Shown here: piece by piece, positions 39,165 to 53,099 of the stretch
How positions within the stretch are numbered: the first letter of the stretch is position 1
Layout: each line of letters begins with the position of its first letter
DNA from: Camelus dromedarius
Taxonomy: Eukaryota
Length of the DNA stretch: 64,000 nucleotides
Assembly: GCF_036321535.1 (NCBI RefSeq)
Contig: NC_087437.1
Span: 77,068,001 to 77,132,000, forward strand
Reading direction: 5' to 3'
Translations under genes and position numbers: made by a program
The notes under the pieces: model-generated
What the model was told of the DNA's origin: nothing
Database searches by the model: none
What the model saw: the letters and a program-made list of their open reading frames with translations, nothing else

Positions 39165-39413
39165 TTATCCATTAGGTTAAGTAGACAGATTGCCTAGGAT
39201 TCACAATACTTTTAGAAGCCCAAGAATGCTTTCCTTTCCTTTAAAATCAGAAGAAAAGAAGTGGAGTTTTAGAAAGAAGGAAATATTACAACATGGAACA
39301 TTCATGTCTTTGTCTTTACATCAACTCAGTCAAAAATAGAACCTTTAATTACTTTTTAATGGTGTAAGAGTTTCATGATACTTAGGGGCTGTAAATGTCA
39401 TAATGTGAGCCTG
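39165..39413. mobile_element. hAT-Tip100-like MITE relic
   Basis: TGCCTAGGATTCACAATACTTTTAG...TTTAAAATCAGAAGAAAA...GTCATAATGTGAGCCTG. Confidence 0.4.
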
Positions 39414-41555
39414 ACTGGAGAACCATGTGGTACAGGACCTGGAAGAAATGGGTATATTGATACTTCTGTGCTTGCCTGACGCAGTAGGCTCCATATGTCT
39501 ACGCTTGTAAGCCTTGGGTTTGGAGTTTCAGCACAGTACTAACGATGCTTTATATAACCAATTAGTGCAGTTCCATAACATAGAGGCTTTATTGCCCTAC
39601 TCCTTCAGACTTGTTATCCAAATTATAGCAGGGTTAGGTGTTTGGAAGGAGGAAAGACACAAAAGTGTGACCTTTCCTGAGTTACTGCTCTCCCTGGGCA
39701 CCAGTGGGTGCCAGAGCAGTTCCTGCGCTCACAGAGGAATGGGAAGCCCCCACTGCCTGGTGAAAGAATACCCTTGGCTGATCCTCCTCAAAGACAGTCT
39801 CTTTAACCCTTTCTTTCCAGATATTCTCAAAGTAATGTCCTCATTTGGTCAAAATTTTTGCTAGGATATTCAAGAAGGAGTGTGGGTTTTTTATCAGTCA
39901 TGTTCACCTGCCCATTACCAAAAAGGAAACCATTAGGAGCTGTACAATTCAAGAACAACTTAAAATCAATACAATTTGAAAGTGTCACATGTTAATATTG
40001 GCTATACTGTGCAAATACAAACTCAGAGCTAACGTAAAAATTTACGTATTATGCATTATTACTCATAATAAATAAATAAATGTAACAGACCCGCAAAATT
40101 AAAAAAAAAAAAAATACCCAAGAGACTCAGCCTCCCCAAAGCCACCAAAAAGGGAGGTATTGCTGCTGCCTCCTTAGAGACATTTTCCGTCTACAGTTCT
40201 CTGTGACAGTGCATAGTAGACAATAGAGAAGGAAAGCTATTTAGAAGGTCCATTTTGTTCACCTGTACTTCTCCAGAATTCAACATAATGACTGGTATAT
40301 ACTAGGCATGCAATTAGTATTTGTTGAATAAGGAATGAAAAAATGAATAAATACAAGGCTCATTCTAGTCCACTCATTGTCCAGTCCTGCCTATTTTGCT
40401 CGTTCTGCCCAGCAGCACAGTAGCTTCCTCAAGAAGAGCATCTCAGAAGAGCCCTGGGTCCCTTTTACTCATTCATGCCTCCTTCCTGTAACTTCCCTTT
40501 TTTGTTACTACCTTCCCTTTTCTTTCTTCTTACTGCCACCTCTCTCCTCCTCCAGTGCTGCTAACTTCTCATTCTGATTCCTCAGTTCCCTGATTTCAGT
40601 TCAGCCTTCATAGCTTGATAGACTCATAGATCTGCTTGTAATGACTTCTTTTTCTGATTGATGATTCTTGCTTCATCCTCTCCTGCTGTCCTGACTTTTA
40701 GGTAATCTTCAATCCACCGGGACAATAGAACCCAATCAGCTGTAACTTCATAATGAGCTCAGGGTTTAAATAGGTGGTTTCTCCTGTTTCTCACTTTCCT
40801 CAACATGCTGCCTCTAGAAACTTTCTCCAAGACGTTATAATATAGTTCATTTGACTCTCAGTTACTGGCCTTCATCTAAAATTGCAGTTCTTACTCAGTC
40901 AAAGCTTTGAAATTTCATATTAACTGTCTATGATCTCACCTTTTACATTAAGGAAATAATTCCTGTTACCTCCCAAACTTGAAAGATCTTGGAAAGTTAC
41001 CCATGTGATAATATGCAATGTAAAACTTCAGAGAGAGAGAAAGAATGCTTTTGACTTTCTGCAATAATATATATATATATTCTGATAGTGAGGAGAAGGG
41101 GAAGTTAGAATCAAGTGAAATTTTTATGAATTCTTTGCAGGGGATCACTACATAGTCATGTTTGCAATGTCAGGGTAAATCATGTCAAACCAAGCAGATA
41201 AATGTTCTATTTGGGTATTTCTGGTATAAATCTTAGCAACTTTTTAAGTGTTTTGTTTACATATTTCTGTTTCCTGTGTCATTGTCAAATCCACTAACCT
41301 TTCAAACATGCATGCACACACACATGCAAACACACACACACACACAAATAATCAAGTAAATAAATCTGGGGAGTGGTAGATTTAATGAAATTCCAGTTGT
41401 TTTAACTTACTTGTACTTTGTCTCTACTCTCAGACACTAAATCTCAAAGTGAAATAGATGGAGTTTGTTCTTGGTAGGATTTGGTAGGATTCTTTCTTAC
41501 TTACTTCAGCTCATCACAAAGTAAAAGATCCGGACCTTCTACTAGGTCCTTGGAA

Positions 41556-41719
41556 CATGGCTTCACATTTGAAAAATCTGAAGGAGCCTAAAAACATTAC
41601 TGATGCCCAACTCTACCCAGAATAAATCTTTTTAAAAAATCTCTGGGTTGCAGGGGAAGCATGCCTTTATAAACACCTCCTTGTTAATTCCCATGTACAG
41701 CCAAAGTTAAGAAGTACTG
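41556..41719. mobile_element. MER5-like DNA transposon
   Basis: TACTGATGCCC...AATCTCTGGG...AATTCCCATGTACAGCCAAAGTTAAGAAGTACTG. Confidence 0.55.
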
Positions 41720-43021
41720 ATTTAGAATGTGTAGTTGCTCTATTATTTTCTTTGCTTTTGTTGAAGAAAGGCAATTTAGATTATTTTTATATGATTCTGG
41801 AAAAAATGAAACAAAAGTATGCAAAGCAAGGAGATACTTCAGTAGGCCCAAGAAAGTGGGGCAAAGGATTTCTGTTTTATAACTTGATAGGCTCTTGTCA
41901 AAATATAAACAGGTCTAGAATCCACTTTGAGATCCGTAAAATTTGCAGCAAGCTCCCACCGCTGAAAAATAAGCACATAGGCTTTCTCCTAGTGACACAC
42001 TTCCCCAAACTCTCAACTACATTCTGCACTAGCTGTTTTCTGAAGATAATGCTGTTTTTATTATTTGCTGTTGAATGTCAATTACTTTTGTTCTTTAGAA
42101 TTACTCACAATACATTTTGGAAGCCTGTGAATACTTTAGTGTCTTAGAGTATCAACATTTCTTCCAACTTGTCCTTCATTATTACAGAGCTAAAAACCAG
42201 TTATAAAATAGAGTCTGTTAAATGATTTATTTCTCATCCATGGAAATATACTTTTTTTTGATGAAAGGGAGGAAATTATTTAAAGAATTTAGTATAGTCA
42301 AGCAAGGGATTCCAGAATCTGTGCATAGAATTTCAAGTCCTTGTAAACGGGTGCATGACATTTGCAGAGTGTGCGTAGATGTTTGGCACTATAATAGGAA
42401 CCTAAAGTAAATAGTTGAGATTAGACGTGACTTATGCCCTGAGAACTTTATAATCTTTCAAAAAAGATGAGTTAGGTTGTCATTCAATTAATGTGAATAC
42501 GTACAAAGAAATATTCTGACAGAGAGAGATAAGAAAGGGATTGCACAGATCAAAGAATGAGCCATAGTTAATTGAGAGAAATTTCCCATGAGACACTTTC
42601 CTTAAATGGCTCTGAATTTCAATTTGAAGTGAAGGATATGGTTTGTAACAGGAATGTCGAGGCTGTTCCTTGTATATGTGATAAATTAAATGAAAGCTCT
42701 AAGAAGTGAATAAAACAGGATGACATGGCTGAAAAAGAAAAAAAATAAGAAAGCTCCTAAATGTCTATAACGTCTGTGAAAAGGGACATATTGCATCTTG
42801 CTCAGCACGTTTTCTTTAAAATTAGCGATTTACGACAGTTTTCTGAATTAAATGCTTTGTATGAACATTTATGGATGGAAAAACATGTTTCTCTGATGAT
42901 TAAAAATGCTTTTTTCCTATTTTAAAAGTTAAGTAGGCTTTCCATATGAAATATTCTTATTATACCTCTTACGTTATAAATATTTTTTACCCCTCATTGA
43001 ATTATTCTAAAGCTGGCTCCT

Positions 43022-43370
43022 TGTAGCAGACACATTTACCCTTGCCAGATATCCACGATCTTTTCCTTTTTTTAGCCCCCACCCTTGAAGATAAGTGGGA
43101 CCATTTAACTACTTTTGGCAAGTAGTCAGAATTGTGTGCAGAATTGATGTATGTAACTTTCCTGCCAAGGCATTTAAGGGTTACTGTGTTCCCTCAAGCT
43201 CTCTCTTCCCCAGCTCATCACCTGTAAGCTGATGCAGAGTAAAGATTCAAGCAGAATGAATCTCTGGGTCACTATTTGGATAGGAGCGACCAAGAAATGT
43301 CATTGCATTATAGCAAACTTTATTAGGGTATGCTACTGAAATTTTTATTTCTTTCCCAGGTATAGCCTAG
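43022..43370 (+). mobile_element. MLT1J-like MaLR LTR
   Basis: TGTAGCAGACAC...GCAGAATTGATGTATGTAACTTTC...CTACTGAAATTT...TATAGCCTAG. Confidence 0.55.
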
Positions 43371-43989
43371 TGCTAAACATCTGTGCGTACGCTGCAAATG
43401 TCATAGACCTGTTTACAAGGACTTGAGATTCTGTGTATAGATTTTGGAATCCCCTGCTTGACTGCATTGAATTCTATGAATAATAGATCAGCCTTATCAT
43501 AAAAATGTTTCATAAATAAATAAGGGACATTGTTTTTAAAGACCATTCCTAATTAGCAACATAGTTGATACTTGTCTATGTGTGCAGAAACGTATGTCTG
43601 AAAATATTCAGTATAAATCAGACTTTATAAACCAAAACAAATATAAAGGGAAATGGTTAACAGTAATCAAAATATTTTCATTTTTATAGAGATTTTGAGT
43701 TTCCTTAATGCAGCCATATTTGTACTTTTGCATAACCTTCAAATACTATTTATGTGTTAGACATAGAATTAATTTTATCAGTGTACATATGATTTGGGCC
43801 ATACTTGAAGAATGCTAAAATATATATATTTATAAATTCCTACTATGTAGACTATAGCTGAGAGCTAGAAGATAAGCAGAATATAAAATGAGGTGCTCAT
43901 GTTTTCATAGGTTGTCTGTTTCCTCTGATAATAGCAGATGAGGTGCATTTAAATGGAAGGGAAGACATGTTGTGGGACTATGGAACTAG

Positions 43990-44185
43990 CAAACACATGG
44001 CATTTACTTTGGATCCAGATAGACCCAAGTTCAAATCTCCACGTTAATTCTTATTACTGGGGAATGGAGGGAAGTCAATTAATCTCCATGAGATTCAATT
44101 TCCTGTTTTGTATCGTGTAAAGAATCACATCTATCTTGCAGGATGTTGTGGAAATTAAATCAGTAATAGGCATAATATGTCATGT
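43990..44185 (+). mobile_element. MIR
   Basis: AGACCCAAGTTCAAATC...CAATTTCCTGTTTTGTA...GCAGGATGTTGTGGAAATTAAAT. Confidence 0.6.
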
Positions 44186-47089
44186 ATAACATCAGACTCA
44201 AACTGAACTCTGGAAATTGTAGGGTCATCTTTTATATTTTTTTTCCTGCAAATGTTGAGTAAGAACTTACTGTATGCCAAAGACCATGCTCATTCACAGA
44301 TGAATGAGAAACAATTCTAGTTTAAAATCTAGCAGAGAATCATTGTGGCTGACCCCACTGAAGCATCATTTAGCCGATCCTGACTTGTATGTAGACATAT
44401 AATTTAGTAATAACAGGAAGGGACAGTAGAGAGAGAGAAAAGAAATTTGCAAATTCAAAACCAAAGAAATCCAAGCCAAATGGTGTTGCTAGTGAAGTAC
44501 GTCTCATCATGTATGAGGGTATGGCTATACTTGTCAGCCAACATAATGGTCTTGAGTCATGAAGAGTGGTTAGTAACATAAAGATATTAATAAAGTTTTT
44601 AATAATTTTTTTAAAAAACTGCATCCTAAAACTTTAGAATGTAAGTGACTAATAAGGATAAAATTTCACTTATGTGTAATAAAATTACACTTAGGTGTAA
44701 TACCCCATCCCTTCTTGATAACACAGCATGCATTTATATATTCACAACAATAAAGATGGTTCTATGTAGCTAACACGCTGTAGGTACTGCATCAGAGAAG
44801 GAGGTAATGGAGACACTGTTGTATATTTAAATGCCTTTAACAAGTTTTCTCTCCGACCACGCCGTGTACCATCATAGGAGTCTTTGCATCTTCCTGCAAT
44901 ACTGCCCACCCCCTCCCTTTGCTATCTGTCAAGTTAACAAAAATATCCCGATAAGAAAAGGCTACCTGCTTTTCCTTCCCTTATCAGTACTTCAAGTTCC
45001 TTTTATTCAATAAGGATAATACCACTGAGTCTTGACAAGGTGTGAATTGAGGCTTGTCTGCCGCAGAGGAACAACATCTTGAGGCAGTCACAAGCACAGC
45101 TTTGTTATTCTGTTTTTTTTTTTTTGGAAAATGCATCAGGAATAAGTTTATATTGTCATTTCTCCCTTAGAAGTGAATAATATCTTAAATAAGAAGGTCA
45201 CCAGAGGAACACATTATCAACCAAAAATTTAAAAATGATTCTAAATTAACTACTTCTGATGTGTTAATAGCCGTGCTGTACCTGAGAGGGTGGAGCACAA
45301 CCTGAGTATGTTTTTTAAAGTTTTTGTAATTTCCAGTAGTGCTTATGTTCCTGTTGAAGTTTGCCACATGCTGATAAACAGTAGATGAAAAATCAGAAGA
45401 AAATATGTGGCTCTAATTTATTTTGTTACCTCAGTAATTCCAGGTTGAAGGGCAGACAAATAGTTTCCTTCTTTTGAAGGAAAGAGATTTGTCTTCAAGT
45501 CTCTTTCATTTTGTAAATCATGGCTGAGACAAGTTCAGAGGCTTAAAGGATGTATTTCTTTAAATATTTACTGAGGAAAAAAGGTATGTCAGATTCACTT
45601 CCCATCACCCAAGTCCCCTGAGGACTTCCCATATGGCAGGCTTTTCTAAAGAAAATATTTCATCCCACCATTAGCTTTTGTAGATGCACACACTTCATGG
45701 AAATTTTTGAATGAGAAGGAACATTGCATCATAGAAAGATTGGTCAGACATAGTGGCTAATCCTTAATTCCAAGCATATCATGATATATTATGTGAAAAC
45801 AGTTTTGACTTGAAGTTATAGCAGGTGGCTTATTATATATACCATTTATTTTAAAGCAGTAAACAATGTCTATGTTTGAAGTAAGAGGACAAGAATAAAC
45901 CAGGGTTTCTAGACTATCAGTGCTCCCAAACAGACTTCTTTAGAATTTCTCTGCACTGGAAAAGAATTTACATAATCATTTGACATTGGTCTTTGAAAAG
46001 AGCATGTCTGCATTTATATGGCCCAAATACACCTACGTCATCGCTTCTGACTACTCAAGCGGTGTCATTATCTTTCAAAACTGTGTCAAACTTTTACTCA
46101 AGTGAATGAATGCTGCTAATTACGTTCTTTTAACTGGATGGCTACTCCTGAGCAGCTAAAAAATAATCCACAAATATTGGATTGAGAAAGTTTTGAGTAG
46201 AGGAGTAATAAACTACTAGGCTACTTACCTTTTTAACCTGACTCCATTATCAAATGTGTGAGTTAAAGTCAATAGGAAAGTAAGGTGTACACACAGACAC
46301 ACAAACACACACACTCCACTATTAGGAATATAAGGAACCTATAAGATACATGTTCTCTCTTTTGTTTTCTCTTAGCCCCAGTTACATTGTGGTAAAGGAC
46401 AATTTTCCTACTTCTGCTCTTAGCTTCTCCTACTTTTCGCGCTTGGGAGAAATCAGAAGTTGCGAGATTAATTGCTACATTAGTAATGCTGCGATGCACA
46501 TCTGCACTGGGTAGTCATGTCTCCAGGGATGAAAGCCACTCACTGCCTGGCATTTTCTACTCATTTCTCTAAATGTTCTTATTCCCATTCTTTGGCTGTA
46601 ACAGAGATGGCGTATGGCTTTTCAAATCAACAGATTAGGTGAGAGTGTTGCATTTGTTGATTTATGAAGTTTTTCTTCTGCATCCCAGCAGTTAGCAGAG
46701 TTCCTAGTGTATGTCAGATGCTCAATATGTTGAAAAAAAGTAAAGGAATGAATAAAAAAAGTATTTTAAGTACCTTATAAAGTATACAGTTCAATTTAGC
46801 ATTGAAAAAAAGTATGTAACTACTCTGTGAATATTGTACGAGCATAATGTCTGCTCACCTTAGGACCAGTTGCTGGGCTAGAAGCAGGCAGTACTAGACA
46901 CTAAAGGGTGCCTGCCATCACCACCTTCCGTATTCCTCTTAGACTTTATCCCACTTTGTCTCTAGAATTCTCAATGTCATTATCCTTCAGATCCCTTCCT
47001 GAGAAGAGTGAAAATACACCAAAATTGCTAAAGCTAAGGTGTCTCCCATCGAGGAGTGAGTGCCTTAATTTTAAAATAAATAGTAAAAT

Positions 47090-49230
47090 GCTATAGGTGT
47101 ACTAGATCACATAACAAAAAGAAAATCTTCCCATTTTTTTGATGAAACTTCAATAACATTAATATCAAAGCTTGAGAGAGAGCCAAAAAACAAAAAGAAA
47201 AGAAATAAAGAACAAAAGAAAATGGCAAAACTCACCTACAAATACAAATACCAAGCAAAAATTTCCAACTGAAAATTAGCAAACAGATTCCAGAAGCAAA
47301 GTGAAGAATAATAACATGATGATGGCAAAATGTGTTGAACTAGTGATTCGACATTAAAATCTATTAATATAATTCAAAATATTAATACAGTCAGGAAAAT
47401 TTACCCTTTCCACAGATGATGAAAAGTTATTTGATAAAATTTGACATCCATTATTTATTTAAAACATTAGAAACCTTCCAAATATGATCAGTAGCAAAGT
47501 GGCATAAATTTATCACTACTGCTGTTTAACTCTCCTAATTGTTAGCGGATGAAGTTAAGCAAAAAGGGGGAAAAGTAGTTATGAAAATATGAAAAGTGGA
47601 GATAAAATCACTTATTTGGAATTACTTATTTGGATCATTTATTTGAATGAAAAAAGAATCAACTGAATAATTGTTTTTAACTGTAAAATAATTAAGTAAA
47701 GTGAAAAGAAAATTGATATCCAAAATCGCATAATTGTCATATATACTGCAACAACCATTTAAGTTATTTGTTGAAATAAAAGGTTTATGTACAATAGCAA
47801 CAAAAAGATAAAATATCTATGAATAAACTTGGACAGAAATGTATAAAATCTATGAAGACAATGTGAAAATAAAAGTTAAGGACGTGTAGTAGTTTAACAC
47901 ATAGAAATTCGTAAATGTTCTACAATAGGAAGCTTAAATAGCATAAAAATATTAATACCCCCTGAGTTAATTTATGTATGTCATGACAGTCTTCTTCTAG
48001 TCAAGGGCTTCTGTTTAAAGTGTCTGGAAGGGCTAATTTCCCTTAATACAAAAGAAAATAAAATGTTTTTTAGTACACAAATTGCTTCTATAGTTCAGTT
48101 AATACATAAGTAGGAATAGCCAATTAAGTTATGAAAAGAAGAAAACTAGATCATGCTATAAAGCTGTTAGAATAAAATCAATGTAGTACTTTGTATGCAA
48201 ATAAACAGACTAGTAGAATCGAATAGAATGGAAAATACAGAAATAGATGTCTATATATGAGACTTTAGTAGATGATAAATGTGGCTCTTGATACATTATA
48301 TGCTGTTGGAATAACTAGGCAGCCATCTAGAAAAATATATATAAAATAAATTCCAGATAAAGCAAAAATGTAAGCATTCAAAAATTGAAGTATAAAAGTA
48401 ATAGACTGAATATTGGAAGATTTTAATTAAATAAGGCCTGCCTTAGTATAAAACAAAACCTAGAAATAATTTAAAGTAATCTATTTAATTAAATACTTAA
48501 TTATTTTTCAGAAAAAAATAAAACCACAAATAAAATCAGAGACAAGTGAAAACCAGGAAAACTATTTATAACTTTTACTATAGAAAAAAATATTGCTAAA
48601 TTTCTTAATTTATAACAACCCCCTACAAATAAGTAAAACTATATCAACAACTCAGTAAAAGGAGCAAAAGCTGGCTTAAGTCCACAGAAAAGAAGGCATA
48701 GCCTCCTAACACAGGAAAGTATCTTCAGTCCTACTCATAAGAGAAATGCAAATTAAATACCGCATGGAGATATTTTTCACCTACGAGTCAGGAAAGATAA
48801 AAAAGTTTAACAACATTCTGTTTTATTAAGAACTTGGGGAAAGAAGTTCTCTTACACTACTGGTGGGAGTGTAAGTTTTTATACCTCTATGGAAATAAAT
48901 TTAGCACAATCTATAAAAATTTAATATATATAGATCCTTTGCCCCCAAAAGTCCATATTTAGAAATTAATCCCGCCGATAAACTTATGAAGGTGACAGCT
49001 ATAGAGGTAGATTCATTGTAGCATAATTTGTAATTAAAGATTGGCAGTAATTTAAATGTCCTTTAATAGGGAATTGGTCAAATAAATAATGGTGATCCCC
49101 ACATTGGAAGTCTACGTAGTCCTCCTAAAAAAGCTGAGATAGAACTATATGTACTCTTGAAGACTATCTCCAAGATATGTGATTTAATATATATATTTTT
49201 AAAAGCCAAGTTCAAGACAAGGCATGTGTC
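47090..49230 (+). mobile_element. Old L1M fragment (ORF2 3' part and 3'UTR), degenerate
   Basis: A-rich, with L1 ORF2 hallmarks (GAAAAGTTATTTGATAAAATT, AGAGAAATGCAAATTAAA, ACTACTGGTGGGAGTGTAA); no ORF. Confidence 0.8.
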
Positions 49231-49810
49231 AAGAGCCCCAGGGTTAAGGCTGTACATTTATTTCTACCCTAGAAATTGGAAGAACTTTGTCAAAAAGATA
49301 TGACATAAGAGGGGGAAACTTAAGGAAATCTAATTTGATGTTGGCATACACATCATACTTCCTGGTGACATATTTCAGAGACAGGTTTGTGCCACAAACC
49401 AGTCGAAGGGGAACACTGAGTCAGAAGAAGAAAAACCTTGTCTCTCTTTAACCCTGCCCATTCTTACTCTACTCTTAATGCCTTGGTCTTCAACTCACCG
49501 CTACCCACCCGTTAAAAAGAATAGCTGTTTTGCCTGTCATAAGTCATATCTCTATGCTGCCAAGCCTGGATACTATTTACATTCTTCAGACCTTCCTGCT
49601 TATTCAGTTAATGAGAAAAGGAAAGCTAAAGAAAGAATGACAAAAATATACAGATTCATCTACAGTTTCATCCTGGAATTGCTAATATCAGGACTTCATT
49701 GCAGCCAACAGCCCCTGTATTTACAGTCAAATGAAGACCAACTGTGTTTGGAAAAGCAGAACATGGACCCAGACCATAAGTGCTTGGTGAGGAAGATGAA
49801 AGAGTAGCCA

Positions 49811-50042
49811 TTTTTTTTTTAATTGAAGTATAGTCGGTTTACAATGTTGTGTCAATTTCTGGTGTGCAGCATAATGCTTCAGTCATATGTATACATATAA
49901 ATATTAGTTTTTATATTCTTTTTCATTATCGGTTACTACAAGATATTGAATATAGTTCCCTGAACTCTACAGAAGAAACTTACTGCTTATCTATTTTATA
50001 TATAGTAGTTGGATATGCAAATCTCAAACTCCAATTTATCCC
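49811..50042 (-). mobile_element. 5'-truncated artiodactyl L1 3' end
   Basis: Poly-T then AATTGAAGTATAGTCGGTTTACAATGTTGTG...AAGATATTGAATATAGTTCCCTG, typical of a cetartiodactyl L1 3'UTR. Flanked by TAGCCA at 49805-49810 and 50043-50048 (probable TSD). Confidence 0.85.
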
Positions 50043-50781
50043 TAGCCAGTGGTTCTTAAATGAACAAACATAAGAGGAAAGACAGAATGTGCAGTTTACT
50101 ATTATTACTTAGTCCACATGGGAAGCAACTATTTCCTTGACTTAAAAATAAAGTGAATTCAGGATTTGTCTAGTGACATATAGAAAGAAAGCATCATCTC
50201 TAAAGAAGTTTAACAAGTTAAAATTACAGCTCAGCAGGAAACAGTGTTTATCAAATTTTCTGTTTGTCTGACACAGATACCACAGTGCTGTTGACTTTGG
50301 CGTGGCTAAGAGCTTAGTACTTAATGGCTTGTGAGCTTTCTCAAAGTCAAAAATCAGTGTTTCTAACCACCCCCCACCCCCAACATTAACACCTGTTCCT
50401 TAAATCCTTACGCTAAGCTTCTGCTCTGTAGTTGTGTTTGGATATGCTCTGGATAGGGGTCTGGCCCTTCCAGGCCTTTTAAGTGGACGGGATTGACTGG
50501 AAGAAGACTGGCAGCAATTCAGCTTTACCACCTTTTATTTTCTGAGTTAGTGCAGATAAGGGAGCTATCAGCTTGGGCACCAGGCTGCAGCAGCAGAGCC
50601 GATTGAGGGAGAGATTACAGTAAATTAAGAATTGTTATCACTTATAACAGGCTGTCCTCCTTCCAGGGCTTGGGGGCAAAGTCACAAGCTGATTGAAGGA
50701 CTTTCTTGTTCTAATAATACCGAATATTTATATTTCTGAGGCTAAAAGGATGACTTAGAGATAAGATGTATTGGTTCAAAA

Positions 50782-51188
50782 CTCAGGAGCTTCCCCAGGT
50801 GAAATTTGAAACTGGCCCCCATACAGGGAGGGCAAGGAGAGACCAAAGACAGAGGCAGATGGGTTGGTGGCAGGTATGATAAGCAACAGAACTTACATTC
50901 AAGGCTGGTCTAGGGTGGCTGCAAGATAAGTTAATCTCTGCACCTGCCCACCAGAATCATAAAAGTTTATACTGAGGCCTTAGCAGAATTCAGTCACGTT
51001 TTCAGTCCAGATGGTCTCAACAGCACCTTGTGCTCTCGAGGCTGCATCCTTGAAAAGGACTCCAGCTGTGGGAATGATGGGCAGAAGGTACATTCCAAGG
51101 ACAGGGGCAGGGATGAGGAGCCATTGATTCCCCAGATCCTGCTCGCAAGTCAACCATCAGTCACATTCTCTTGATGACCTCCTCCAAC
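50782..51188 (-). mobile_element. 3' LTR of the ERV
   Basis: Homologous to 54698-55110; ends in cctccaac. The outer (left) terminus is eroded and no clear TSD is seen. Confidence 0.87.
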
Positions 51189-51200
51189 CCTCCATCCCTC
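51189..51200 (-). other. Polypurine tract of the ERV
   Basis: Minus strand GAGGGATGGAGG directly before the 3' LTR; resembles the GGGGTGGA-type PPT of ERVL elements. Confidence 0.7.
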
Positions 51201-51256
51201 GTGCTGGCTCTTACAATCTCACAGGTCCCCCCTCTTCTACAGTGTGTCCTGAGGAG

Positions 51257-52850
51257 TCAGCGAGGGGATCCACTAGCATGGAGGTGGTTCGTTAGGTGGC
51301 TGTCTGGCTGCACTGGAGACAGCCAGAAATTGAGGCACGTGCACGAGAACACACATGTCACAATGATGATTCCCAAAATAAGTAACAGCTTTTTTTCCAC
51401 CAAGATCCCCATGATCTGAACCACTGACTTATTAATGATCAACTGCTGGAATGGGAGTTGGATCACTCAGAATGTTCACTTGTGTCTTCAATAAAGATGA
51501 TACATTAGCAGATTCATCAGGTATGAACATAACACTCTGTGTGGGTAATGGCGCAGGTGACTCCTTGTGAGGCAGAAATGATGTCCAAGGCCATTGTGTC
51601 TCGGGGGACAGCTTTTCACATTACAGATAGTTCAGTGTTCAGTAAAGACAGGCTTTGCCAGCTGTCATTTAGGTTTACTGGGTGAATTTAGTAAGGGCTT
51701 CTGTGTGTGGTATAATGACCTCCAGGCCAATGGAAAGGACAAAGACAGCAGCCAAATGTTCCTACCAGTAGAAAACAGAACATGCCCATCTGGCCTTGAG
51801 AGGAAGGAAGTTAGCAACTTTTGTTACTGTGGGATGGATTCTCCCCTGTGCCAAAGGAAAACCTAGGGTGCAGTGGCCCAAGGCCACACGACCACTGGAT
51901 CCCATTCTCCCATTCGGGGCTACCCAGTACATACCTGGGAGGTGCAACCAATCAGTGCCCAACCAGTCATTATCCTTTAATGTGACAGAATAACGAATAC
52001 ACTTCTGGTGATATCTACCCCATATCCCTGTTGTAATTGGGTTGGTTCTGTCATAGGGGTGCCTGGATTCACATCTCCGTTACCCTGGAGGAGCCACATG
52101 AACCCATCCCAAGTCTAAGCATAGCCACCCGTGGCTGTGATGGTGGTACTTTTAGGACCCTTCAGGTCAGCAGTTTGATGGGTTGCCTGTGTAGGTTCAC
52201 AGAAAAAGAACACCCGCGCCCACTGTTACTGATACTGTGAAACTCAGGTCAGTTTCTGGATCAGTATTGGTGACATCAGGTAAATTAAGACTACTAGCCC
52301 TACCTTGTTCGTCCTCAGTATACTGCTGCAGGGCCTTCCAGTCTCCTCCCGGGAGTGCTGATACCCACCATCAAGTCCTGACGAGCTAGAAAGGGGCAGC
52401 TGCTCAGTGTGCCCAACAGCTGGATGGATTGCTTTACCAGGCACACACGTGGGCCCACTGTAGACAGATATTTCCATCAGGTTCCCATCCCGTTACCAGA
52501 CACCACAGGAGTAGCAGAAGACCAAGGTCAAAAAGACAGATATTTAGGAGGGTCTTGTATAGGAAGGTCTTCCCCTTCTATAAGGATTATACTTGTTCCT
52601 TAGATGTAAATATGACTGCAGTTTTAGAAATCTGACCTGGTTGTACATACCGCACATGTTGCCCAGGGAAGGCAGCACTGTCAGGTGTGAGGAGATGTCA
52701 TGGTTGGAAATGGCAGATGGCAGGTTGGAAATGACAGATCAGGACCCTCACCTTTTCCTTCTTCAGTGGTATGTGTTGCATTCTAGGCACAGTGCATTTC
52801 AACAGGTCCAGCTTGTAGGAGAACAGTGGGATCCCAGTGAAGATTGAGTA
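51257..52850 (-). pseudogene. env: env relic (SU-TM) of the ERV
   Basis: Minus strand: ...GHCTLGFP...KARWAC/SVFYW (degenerate furin site), QSLSLLNTELSVM*KAV...MALDIISASQGVTCAITHTECYV (ISD-like plus CX6C(C)), frameshifted IPDESANVSSLL, and hydrophobic anchor LLLILGIIIVTCVFSC. The 5' boundary is approximate. Confidence 0.8.
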
Positions 52851-53099
52851 GTTCCTTCTCACCCAGGGGTGCAAAGTAACTCACTCATCCTAGTGGGATG
52901 TCCCATTGCAAGTTTCAGTAGATACTGCCTCTCTCGGCTGCGATGGGGCTTAGTGTTCTCAGCAGCCATAGAGCATTGGTTTACGTCGAGAGTTGGGGCA
53001 ATGACTATCTCTTGAGGCTTCCGTATCTTTAAGGTGTTGAGTATCTTGGCAAAGGTCCCCAATCTGGCATATGGAGCAACAGCCCTAATGATTGATCAG

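Noticed and set aside
51257..52850. Co-opted syncytin-like env gene
   Set aside because: In-frame stops, frameshifts, a mutated furin site and an incomplete CX6CC; not a coding gene.
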